A stretch of 48,815 nucleotides of DNA from a virus. Its lineage: Duplodnaviria > Caudoviricetes. The notes under the pieces are model-generated. The model was not told the origin of the DNA, did no database searches, and saw only the letters and a list, made by a program, of their open reading frames with translations. The stretch covers positions 1 through 48,815 of the IMG/VR virus record IMGVR_UViG_3300034171_000048. The stretch is one strand, 5' to 3'. A program made the translations under genes and the position numbers. Positions 1-7,331 of this stretch are shown in pieces (the first letter of the stretch is position 1; the number at the start of each line of letters is the position of its first letter).

Positions 1-127
1 GGACATGGTGGGTATGACAATGGTGCAAATAGAGGTAGTGTTTATGAGAAAACTGTAAACCTAAAGGTTGCATTAAAGTTAAAGAAATTCTTAGTTGACC
101 AAGGAATTGATGTTATCATGACAAGAA
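1..127. repeat. Terminal overlap (1-127 identical to 48689-48815); circular assembly, genome 48,688 bp
   Basis: Exact sequence match GGACATGGTGGG...ATGACAAGAA at both ends; the amidase ORF reads through the join. Confidence 0.95.
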
Positions 128-669
128 GTACTGATGAATATACTAGTTTATCAGAAATAACAAATCTTGCAAATGAAAACCATGCTAATTTACTAATTTC
201 AATTCATCATAATGCAGGAGGTGGAGATGGATTTGAAGTCTATCATTCCATATATAATGGTGTTGGATTAGAACTTGCCAATAAGGTTGCAGCTGGTTTC
301 AAGTCACTTAACAATGCTCATGGTATGGCAGTAAAAACTAAAAAAGGTTCTGATGGTAGGGACTATTTTTCAGTTATAAGAAATAGTGTGATGCCTTGTA
401 TATTAACAGAATTTGGTTTTATGGACACAGATGATTATTATGCGTTCAATAGTAATGCTGAGTTACAAGCCGAAGCAAATGCACTAGGTAAAGCAATATG
501 TAATCAACTTGGAGTTAAAATTATCCCAAAGGTTAATTATGTACTGGAAACACAGAAGTTCTTAAATGGATTGGGAATAAAAGATGTTATGGGTAGACCA
601 CTAGTTGAAGATGGCATAATGGGTGTACACACTCAGACAGTACTGGATAGATTAATAAGGAAATTATAA
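1..669 (+). CDS. Endolysin, N-acetylmuramoyl-L-alanine amidase (Amidase_3) with C-terminal peptidoglycan-binding-like segment; true start at 48662 across the join
   Basis: Joined protein MVNKVTINAGHGGYDNGA...EK...ISIHHNAGGGDGFEVY...ILTEFGFMD; C-terminal LVEDGIMG. Confidence 0.92.
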   Translation, partial: GHGGYDNGANRGSVYEKTVNLKVALKLKKFLVDQGIDVIMTRSTDEYTSLSEITNLANENHANLLISIHHNAGGGDGFEVYHSIYNGVGLELANKVAAGFKSLNNAHGMAVKTKKGSDGRDYFSVIRNSVMPCILTEFGFMDTDDYYAFNSNAELQAEANALGKAICNQLGVKIIPKVNYVLETQKFLNGLGIKDVMGRPLVEDGIMGVHTQTVLDRLIRKL

Positions 670-683
670 AGGAGGAAAGTATC

Positions 684-827
684 ATGGAAGTTGGAGAAAG
701 AGTAGAAGTTAAACTATCCAAGGATTGGGTAATGGTTTTAGCCATTATGGATGAAGGAGTATTATGTAGAACCAAAGATTGTAAAGAAGTTTTATTTTAT
801 AATTTTGAACTACGAGAATTAAAATAA
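684..827 (+). CDS. Small hypothetical protein (47 aa)
   Basis: SD AAGGAGG, ATG 684, MEVGERVEVKLSKDW...ELK*. Confidence 0.7.
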   Translation: MEVGERVEVKLSKDWVMVLAIMDEGVLCRTKDCKEVLFYNFELRELK

Positions 828-848
828 GAAGTACAGAGGTGATAATCA

Positions 849-872
849 ATGTGGTTTTGGTTATGGTGGTAA
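849..872 (+). CDS. Putative Trp-rich leader peptide MWFWLWW
   Basis: SD GAGGTGA 836-842, 6-nt spacer, ATG TGG TTT TGG TTA TGG TGG TAA. Confidence 0.5.
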   Translation: MWFWLWW

Positions 873-928
873 TCCAAATGACCTACGAGAAATCGTGGGT
901 TTAACCAAAAAATAGGAGTTGTGACATA

Positions 929-1264
929 ATGAGTGAAGATTCTATTCGTTTAGAACTTGATTATATAAAGCATGATATAGTAGAAATAAAGGCTGAGGCG
1001 AAGGAGTATAGTAACAAGATGAGCATTGACTTGTTGTATAACCATGATGCTAATATTAGAAATGAAATAAAATTAGAAAATATAGAAAAAAGTCAAAACA
1101 GTTTGATTGAAATTGTAACTGAAATAAAAAATAAGCCACTTATGGATTGGCGGAAAATGAGTAATTTTTGGAAGTTTTCCATAATAGGTGCAGTAATTGG
1201 GTTTGTTGTTCCTTGGATAATTGGAAATTTTATGACATTCACTAAAATATTTGGAGGTAATTAA
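929..1264 (+). CDS. Lysis-module membrane protein (coiled coil plus one C-terminal TM; XhlA/holin-like)
   Basis: Helical N-terminus, hydrophobic FSIIGAVIGFVVPWIIG, position between lysin and holin. Confidence 0.6.
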   Translation: MSEDSIRLELDYIKHDIVEIKAEAKEYSNKMSIDLLYNHDANIRNEIKLENIEKSQNSLIEIVTEIKNKPLMDWRKMSNFWKFSIIGAVIGFVVPWIIGNFMTFTKIFGGN

Positions 1265-1447
1265 ATGAATAAAAAATGGTATATGAGTAAAACGTTATGG
1301 GTTAACTTTATAGGCTTTATAGCAATAGGAATCCAAGTAGTAACTGGAGAACAGTATTTTAGTCCAGAATATCAAGCTATGGCACTAACAGTTGTAAATG
1401 CTATATTAAGAATGGTAACAAAAGAACCACTAAAGATTAAGAAATAG
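1265..1447 (+). CDS. Holin
   Basis: 60 aa, KKWYMSKTLWVN, two TM segments, basic C-terminus, lysis module. Confidence 0.75.
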   Translation: MNKKWYMSKTLWVNFIGFIAIGIQVVTGEQYFSPEYQAMALTVVNAILRMVTKEPLKIKK

Positions 1448-1469
1448 ATGCCGAAAGGTGTCTTTTTTT
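1446..1469 (+). terminator. Rho-independent terminator ending the late/lysis operon
   Basis: AGATGCC-GAAA-GGTGTCT followed by a T run. Confidence 0.85.
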
Positions 1470-1470
1470 A

Positions 1471-1530
1471 CTTTCAAATTTTCGTAGCTTTCAAATATTT
1501 ACACCTTTCAAATTTTCGTAGCTTTCAAAT
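1471..1530. repeat. 4x CTTTCAAAT with 17-bp period
   Basis: Copies at 1471, 1488, 1505, 1522. Confidence 0.85.
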
Positions 1531-1584
1531 TATAAATCACTCTCCAAAAATATTTAACAGAAATTTAACATTTGTAATAGTATG

Positions 1585-1651
1585 AATTATCAGAATATTT
1601 AGAATATTACATTTACTTTAAATCTTAAATAAACTGAATCTTCTGATTATT
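1585..1651. promoter_or_regulatory. CodY-box-like sites
   Basis: AATTATCAGAATATT (13/15 to AATTTTCWGAAAATT) overlapping AATATTTAGAATATT; AATCTTCTGATTATT at 1637. Confidence 0.55.
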
Positions 1652-1663
1652 TTAAATATTCAG

Positions 1664-1842
1664 TTGTCACTTTGTCACCATTTGTCACAACTTTGTCACT
1701 ACCCTTAACCCTTGGTACTACTCTCTTTATCTTCTTTTATGACAGAATGACAAAGAAAATATATAAAAGAGTATAAAGTGAAATAGAAGTAATAGTATAT
1801 AAAAAGAGTTTAAAATCGGTTTGTCACAGTGTCAGTTGTCAC
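1664..1842. repeat. TTGTCAC iteron cluster, candidate replication origin A
   Basis: TTGTCAC at 1664, 1672, 1682, 1693, 1821, 1836; inverted TGACA at 1740, 1748; pyrimidine then purine/AT tracts. Confidence 0.55.
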
Positions 1843-1889
1843 GGTTTGAATCCCTTCCATATATAGAGTAATTAATATGGCTAAAACCC

Positions 1890-1918
1890 TTGACTTTCTG
1901 TGGATTACATGATATAAT
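1890..1918 (+). promoter_or_regulatory. sigma-A promoter for sigma-factor/recombination operon
   Basis: TTGACT-17-TATAAT with extended TG. Confidence 0.8.
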
Positions 1919-1948
1919 AGGTTATAGAGTTAATTGAGGTGAAAGGGA

Positions 1949-2425
1949 GTGATAACAATGAGGTTAACAGATAAACAAAGGATAATAGTTACCGAGAATC
2001 ATAACTTGATATATTGGATGATTAATAGAAAACATTTAGAAATGTCAGAATACTACGACCTCTTAAGTTTGGAACTGTGTTATGCGGTAATGAAGCATGA
2101 CCCAAGCAGAGGAAGTTTAGCCAACTATTATAAGTTAAGGTGCGAGGGTGTACTGTATAAGGAGTACAGAAAATCACAAGCACAAAAACGACTTCATACT
2201 AATGTGACGTTAATTGATAATGTGCATACTATTAACAATGATGATTTACAACGAATGGCTGAGTTAAGCGAGTGGATGAATGGTGATGATGGAATTATCC
2301 TACAAATGAAATCAGAAGGTTATTCCCAAACAGAAATCGCCAACCACCTTGGAGTAAGCCAATCATACGTTTCCAAGATACTTAAACGACTTAAAAAAGA
2401 ATTCTATGAAGAGGTGGATTATTAA
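1949..2425 (+). CDS. Phage sigma-70-family (region 2 + region 4 HTH) factor, copy 1
   Basis: NHNLIYW...HDPSRGSLANY region-2-like; GYSQTEIANHLGVSQSYVSKI HTH. Confidence 0.8.
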   Translation: MITMRLTDKQRIIVTENHNLIYWMINRKHLEMSEYYDLLSLELCYAVMKHDPSRGSLANYYKLRCEGVLYKEYRKSQAQKRLHTNVTLIDNVHTINNDDLQRMAELSEWMNGDDGIILQMKSEGYSQTEIANHLGVSQSYVSKILKRLKKEFYEEVDY

Positions 2426-2426
2426 A

Positions 2427-2891
2427 ATGTGTAAACTTACAACGATACAACAGAAAATGATAGAGGATAATCACAATCTCATATATTGGTTCATAAATAA
2501 ATATAAGTTATCGGAAAGTGAGTATTATGGCTTATTAGCAATTGAATTATGTGAAGCAGTCATACACTATGATGAATCCAAGGGTTCTTTAGCGAACTAT
2601 TTTCACCTAGTGTGTAATGGTAGAATATATAAGGAGTATAGAAAATCACAAGCACAAAAAAGGACACATCTTACTGAGACATTAGAATCCAACTTCACGG
2701 TTCCAATCTATGATGATTATAGTGCATTTAAATTGATAGAAGATATAATAGAGGACCCAAACTATTTAATATTTATGCTAAAGAGTACGGGGTATTCACA
2801 ATGCGAAATTGCAAAGAAATTAAATATTAGTCAAAGTTTTGTGTCCAAGATTATATTTAAATTTATGAAGAATTATAAAGAGGAGGAATAG
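2427..2891 (+). CDS. Phage sigma-70-family factor, copy 2 (paralog)
   Basis: NHNLIYW, YDESKGSLANY, KEYRKSQAQKR shared with copy 1; GYSQCEIAKKLNISQSFVSKI. Confidence 0.8.
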   Translation: MCKLTTIQQKMIEDNHNLIYWFINKYKLSESEYYGLLAIELCEAVIHYDESKGSLANYFHLVCNGRIYKEYRKSQAQKRTHLTETLESNFTVPIYDDYSAFKLIEDIIEDPNYLIFMLKSTGYSQCEIAKKLNISQSFVSKIIFKFMKNYKEEE

Positions 2892-2893
2892 TA

Positions 2894-3391
2894 TTGACGG
2901 ATAAGAATTTAGATGATATAATAAAAGACATGGTAGTAATAAGTGATTCCAGAGAGCAAAAGAACAAGCATATCTTGGACTACCTAGATTCAATCAACGT
3001 ACCATATATAACTGAGAAACTTAATAGTGGAGATTATTCATTTATACTTCCACATTACCCACATCTTAATTTGGACAGAAAGATTTTGATAGAAAAGAAA
3101 AACTCGCTTGATGAGATTGCACAGAATTTCACAAGTGGTAGAGATAGATTTTTAAGGGAATTTGAAAGGGTAGCTGATGATGAAACAATGCACCTTGTAA
3201 TTGAACAAGCAACATGGAAGAAGTTACTGAATGGTTCTTATCGTTCTAAGTTTCCAAGCAAATCATTCATGGCTAGTTTGTTAACCTACAGTATAAGGTA
3301 TGATTTTAAAACATGGTTTGTGCAACCTAGTGAGTGTGGCGAGTTGATGTACAATATACTAAAATATTCTTTACGAGAAAGATTAAAATGA
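2894..3391 (+). CDS. ERCC4-domain nuclease (likely resolvase)
   Basis: ISDSREQ, LNSGDYS, IEKKNSLDE motifs. Confidence 0.85.
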   Translation: MTDKNLDDIIKDMVVISDSREQKNKHILDYLDSINVPYITEKLNSGDYSFILPHYPHLNLDRKILIEKKNSLDEIAQNFTSGRDRFLREFERVADDETMHLVIEQATWKKLLNGSYRSKFPSKSFMASLLTYSIRYDFKTWFVQPSECGELMYNILKYSLRERLK

Positions 3392-3415
3392 AATGGTTAA
3401 TAAGGAGGAGTTTAT

Positions 3416-3571
3416 ATGGAAGGATTTCTCACACTGATATATGTATTTTGTTTATCACTAAACGTATATATTGGAATTGAGACTGGATTTACGTTTCTAT
3501 GTATAGTATCAACTATACTAATGTCAGTATGTTTATTATTATCAATCGTAAAACTTATAAAAAATATTTAA
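3416..3571 (+). CDS. Small two-TM membrane protein (51 aa)
   Basis: SD AAGGAGG; MEGFLTLIYVFCLSL...LLLSIVKLIKNI*. Confidence 0.65.
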   Translation: MEGFLTLIYVFCLSLNVYIGIETGFTFLCIVSTILMSVCLLLSIVKLIKNI

Positions 3572-3579
3572 TATAAGCA

Positions 3580-3608
3580 TTGACAACCGAAATTATTCGT
3601 GGTATACT
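3580..3608 (+). promoter_or_regulatory. sigma-A promoter
   Basis: TTGACA-17-TATACT, extended TG. Confidence 0.8.
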
Positions 3609-3637
3609 GTATTTAGAGTTAAGGAGGAGGATGTTTC

Positions 3638-4231
3638 ATGGGAGATATGATTATTAAAGAAGAAAACCAATTAGACATTAAAAGGGAAACAGTAGAGTTA
3701 GATAAGCTTATGGAAATGGCGTCAATGCTTTCCAAGTCAACTATAGTTCCAGTAGCATATCAGAATAGACCAGAGAATTGTTTCATAGCACTTGATATGG
3801 CAAGTAGAATGGGTGTTAGTCCAATGGTTGTTATGCAGAACTTATATGTTATACAAGGTAAACCAAGCTTTAGTGGTTCAGCAATCGCATCAATGATTAG
3901 AAGTAACCCACAGTATACAAATGTTGAACTTAACTATGTTGGAGAAGAAGGTAAAGACACATGGGGAGCATATGTAACTGCTGAGAATAAACACAATGGT
4001 AAAACTATAAAAGGTGCTACGGTAACAATAGCAATTGCAAAGAAAGAAGGTTGGTTAACAAAAGGCGCTTCAAAATGGTTAACAATGCCTGAGTTGATGT
4101 TGGGATACAGGGCTTACACATGGTTTGGACGTATTCATTGTCCAGAAGTAATGATGGGATTGCAAGCTACAGAAGAAATTAGTGATGTAAGTAAACCAAA
4201 GACTGAAGCAAAAAATCCATATACTAAATAG
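3638..4231 (+). CDS. RecT/Redbeta-like single-strand annealing protein
   Basis: IVPVAYQNRPENC...GVSPMVVMQNLYVIQGKP...PELML; adjacent exonuclease. Confidence 0.75.
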   Translation: MGDMIIKEENQLDIKRETVELDKLMEMASMLSKSTIVPVAYQNRPENCFIALDMASRMGVSPMVVMQNLYVIQGKPSFSGSAIASMIRSNPQYTNVELNYVGEEGKDTWGAYVTAENKHNGKTIKGATVTIAIAKKEGWLTKGASKWLTMPELMLGYRAYTWFGRIHCPEVMMGLQATEEISDVSKPKTEAKNPYTK

Positions 4232-4240
4232 GAGGTAATT

Positions 4241-4402
4241 ATGGGAATGTTTTTATTAGCACTATATATTGGGGTTGTTTACACGGCAGTTGCAATATAT
4301 ACAATATTAAGTGAAGAAATTGATAATATAATTATTGGAATAATGATAGGATTTCTAGTCCCAGTTATTTCATTGTCAATATTGGTAATAGGAGGATTGT
4401 AA
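4241..4402 (+). CDS. Small two-TM membrane protein (53 aa)
   Basis: SD GGAGGT; hydrophobic ORF abutting next ATG. Confidence 0.65.
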   Translation: MGMFLLALYIGVVYTAVAIYTILSEEIDNIIIGIMIGFLVPVISLSILVIGGL

Positions 4403-5176
4403 ATGATTAATCCAATCGAACTAGAAAATGACGAATTGTATTTCGCAGATGAAAGTTATATGTCAGTTAGTAGATATAAGAAGTTTAAAAGATGTGAATT
4501 AGGTGGTATTGAACCTTGGGGTAAACCAAGTGATGCTATGTTAATAGGAAGTTATGTTGACGATTATATAAGTGGTATTTTGGATAAATTTAAATTAGAC
4601 CATCCAGAGATTATATCTACCAGAGGTGCAACTAAAGGAGAACTTAAAGCTGACTTTAAGAAAGCAGATGAGATTTGTAAATTTATAGACAATGATATTG
4701 TATTCTCACAATTTCTAAGTGGGGAGAAACAAAGTGTAATGACTGGTGAGATTAATGGTATACCGTTCAAGTGTAAGATGGATAGTTATTCAAAGGGTAT
4801 GGCAATTAGTGATTTGAAAGTTGTAAGAACTGTTACAGACTCCAAAGGTAACTATATAGACTTTGTTACTTCTTGGAACTATGACACGCAGTTAGCATGT
4901 TATCAGGAGATATGTTTTCAGAATACTGGTGAGAGACTACCATGCTATATTTGTGCAGTAACTAAGGAAAGTCCAATCAATAGTGTTATAATAGAAGTAC
5001 CTCAAGTATATTTGGACATGGCATTATATGATGTTGAATGTAATATTGAAAGGTATTATGGAATTAAGATGGGAACAGTTGAAGCAGAAGGTTGTGGAAC
5101 GTGCAAGACTTGTATTGAGGCAAGAACTGAAACTCCAATAATAAGTTTACAAGATATAATCGAAGGAGTGATGTAA
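4403..5176 (+). CDS. PD-(D/E)XK exonuclease (RecE/DUF3799-like)
   Basis: YMSVS, FKCKMD...ISDLK, YDTQLACYQ, C-terminal CGTCKTC. Confidence 0.8.
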   Translation: MINPIELENDELYFADESYMSVSRYKKFKRCELGGIEPWGKPSDAMLIGSYVDDYISGILDKFKLDHPEIISTRGATKGELKADFKKADEICKFIDNDIVFSQFLSGEKQSVMTGEINGIPFKCKMDSYSKGMAISDLKVVRTVTDSKGNYIDFVTSWNYDTQLACYQEICFQNTGERLPCYICAVTKESPINSVIIEVPQVYLDMALYDVECNIERYYGIKMGTVEAEGCGTCKTCIEARTETPIISLQDIIEGVM

Positions 5177-5177
5177 T

Positions 5178-5387
5178 TTGGATTCTGTATTTCTACTAGG
5201 AGAGTTTTCAGAAAATGGTGTTTTCATACGTTATGTAAGAAAGAGTAGAAATAATAATATAGTTGGCTATGATACTCTAAGTTCTGCTAAACGAGGATTA
5301 AGTCATAGTAATAAAAATTCAAACTATACTGGAAAATTTAAAATACTAAAATTTAAACCAAGTTCTATTATAGAAGGAGTGATATAA
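5178..5387 (+). CDS. Hypothetical protein
   Basis: ORF track; tight packing with neighbours. Confidence 0.55.
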   Translation: MDSVFLLGEFSENGVFIRYVRKSRNNNIVGYDTLSSAKRGLSHSNKNSNYTGKFKILKFKPSSIIEGVI

Positions 5388-5540
5388 ATGATAGGAGCAA
5401 ATGACCAATTGGAACTGCACTGGGAGAAAGTACCTACTAACTGTGGGTATGATTTCGATTGTGATAATTGTAATTGTGAATGTATAGAAGATAAAAGTTT
5501 ATTTTTAAAAGTGGGTGATTCTCTTGACAACCGCAGATAA
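5388..5540 (+). CDS. Small Cys-rich protein (50 aa)
   Basis: SD AAGGAGTGA; CGYDFDCDNCNCEC. Confidence 0.55.
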   Translation: MIGANDQLELHWEKVPTNCGYDFDCDNCNCECIEDKSLFLKVGDSLDNRR

Positions 5541-6078
5541 AGATGCTATACTGTTTACAAGGTTAGCAAATGAGTTCATCCAAAGAGATGGATTCGATAC
5601 CCTACTAAATAACATCACCAAGACAGATTTCTTCACTGCTCCAGCTTCGACAAGATTTCATGATTCAGTAGAAGGCGGTTTATGTCATCACTCAATTGAA
5701 GTCTTTCATATCTTAACAGCTGATGTAGGAAATCTCTATTCAGACGAAACACTCACCATAGTATCATTACTTCACGACATATGTAAGATAGGTTATTATA
5801 CGGTAAGTTCAAGGAACGTTAAAGATGAACATGGTAAATGGAAATCAGTTCCTTACTACACAGTAGATGACCAATTACCTTATGGACATTCAGAGAAGTC
5901 CGTATTTATGATTATGCAAGACATGAAACTAACTATGGAAGAATCAATGGCTATTAGGTGGCACATGGGTGCATATGAAGGTGACAAGGTGTGGAGCACA
6001 TTAAGTGCTGCGTATGACAAATTTCCACTAGCATTGCACTTACACATAGCTGATATGAAAGCAACTTATTTAAAATAA
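5524..6078 (+). CDS. HD-domain phosphohydrolase
   Basis: FFTAPASTRFH, GGLCHHS, LLHDICK, GHSEKS, IRWHMG, HIAD; TTG start after GGGTGA SD. Confidence 0.88.
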   Translation: MTTADKDAILFTRLANEFIQRDGFDTLLNNITKTDFFTAPASTRFHDSVEGGLCHHSIEVFHILTADVGNLYSDETLTIVSLLHDICKIGYYTVSSRNVKDEHGKWKSVPYYTVDDQLPYGHSEKSVFMIMQDMKLTMEESMAIRWHMGAYEGDKVWSTLSAAYDKFPLALHLHIADMKATYLK

Positions 6079-6123
6079 TTGTGACATAATATGAGAAAAG
6101 TACGACATATGAAAGGAGAAAAT

Positions 6124-6279
6124 ATGGAAGCATTTCAATGCAGTAGGTGTAAGCAAATGAACATCAATGATACAGATGATACAGTGTTTTGTAAGTATGG
6201 AATAGATACAAGATTAAGATATAGAGATAAAACTGATAAAGAAGAATGTTTAGAATGTTTTGAAGAAGTTGATGCGTAA
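6124..6279 (+). CDS. Small Cys-rich protein
   Basis: SD AAGGAG; CSRC...C...CLEC. Confidence 0.55.
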   Translation: MEAFQCSRCKQMNINDTDDTVFCKYGIDTRLRYRDKTDKEECLECFEEVDA

Positions 6280-6309
6280 TACAAAACAAGTATGAATTAA
6301 AATAAATAC

Positions 6310-6338
6310 TTGACAGAAGATAAATAGTATGTTATAAT
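6310..6338 (+). promoter_or_regulatory. sigma-A promoter
   Basis: TTGACA-17-TATAAT, extended TG. Confidence 0.85.
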
Positions 6339-6405
6339 AAGATATAGTCAATTAGACAATGCCACTCACCGCAAGGGAGTTAACGCAGAGAAGGAGATTA
6401 ATTAT

Positions 6406-6882
6406 ATGGGAAACTTATGGGAACGATTTGAAAATATAGTATCAAAAGATGAAGTACAGGTTGAAAAGCACAAATTTGAGCCACTAGCAATAGGGGAATA
6501 CAAAGTTAAATTAGAATCATTAGTTCCATCAGAATCAAAGAATGGTCTACCAATGTTAAAAGGTCAATTCAGAATGAGTGATAGCAATAGAATAATCTTC
6601 TACAATCAGATGTTACAAAACTTGAACAATCCTCAAATGACCGCAGTTAACATTGCCGAAGCAGTAGCATTTGTAGGAGGATTAGTAGGAGAGTCTCTTG
6701 AATTTGAAGGAATGGGAAGTTTTGCAAACTTAGTTGAAAATGTTCCTTTGGGCAATGAATACAGATTAATGGTAACTTACGGAAATAAAGACTTTGACCA
6801 AAAGTTCCCTAAGCTTAAAGTGTTAGAGAAGATTGAAACCGAAGAAGTATTACCAATAACTGATGCCGATTTAGCTTTTTAA
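6406..6882 (+). CDS. Single-stranded DNA-binding protein (DUF669-like)
   Basis: FEPLAIGEY, SKNGLPMLK, acidic tail ending DADLAF. Confidence 0.7.
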   Translation: MGNLWERFENIVSKDEVQVEKHKFEPLAIGEYKVKLESLVPSESKNGLPMLKGQFRMSDSNRIIFYNQMLQNLNNPQMTAVNIAEAVAFVGGLVGESLEFEGMGSFANLVENVPLGNEYRLMVTYGNKDFDQKFPKLKVLEKIETEEVLPITDADLAF

Positions 6883-6912
6883 TACCAAGGGGGATTAAGT
6901 TCCCTCATACAT

Positions 6913-6987
6913 GGTTTCGTGGCTCAATGGTAGAGCATCTGCCTTGTAAGCAGAAGGTTGTGGGTTCGACTCCCACCGAAACCTCCA
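6913..6987 (+). tRNA. tRNA-Thr(UGU) with encoded CCA
   Basis: Acceptor GGTTTCG/CGAAACC, anticodon stem TCTGC/GCAGA with loop CTTGTAA, T arm GTGGG-TTCGACT-CCCAC. Confidence 0.92.
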
Positions 6988-6989
6988 AT

Positions 6990-7260
6990 AAGACCAACAA
7001 GGCTATGAGATACCAATGACTTTTGAAAGATTGTCTAAGTGTATATTATCCTAAAATGGTTCCACTATAATGTCTTAAGTACAAGGACAACGCTACGAGG
7101 GTCATGTGGTTCGTAGCACTACATAAGTTTTGGTTGCTAGTGTGGGACTCGAGTGTTGGTCCACCTTGCTAAAGGAACACCTCTTATGTCGACTGTCAGA
7201 GGGAGCGATAAGTGTTGAATAAAGTATGAGATTAGCTACTCAGAAAAAATAAAACACATT
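6990..7260 (+). ncRNA. Candidate structured ncRNA downstream of tRNA
   Basis: Many nested helices and two possible pseudoknots; no ORF >=60 aa. Confidence 0.45.
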
Positions 7261-7331
7261 ATGCAGAGGGCAACTAAAATAAAATAAATAGCTATCTTAT
7301 GTGCCAATTGTATGTTATAATATAACTACAG

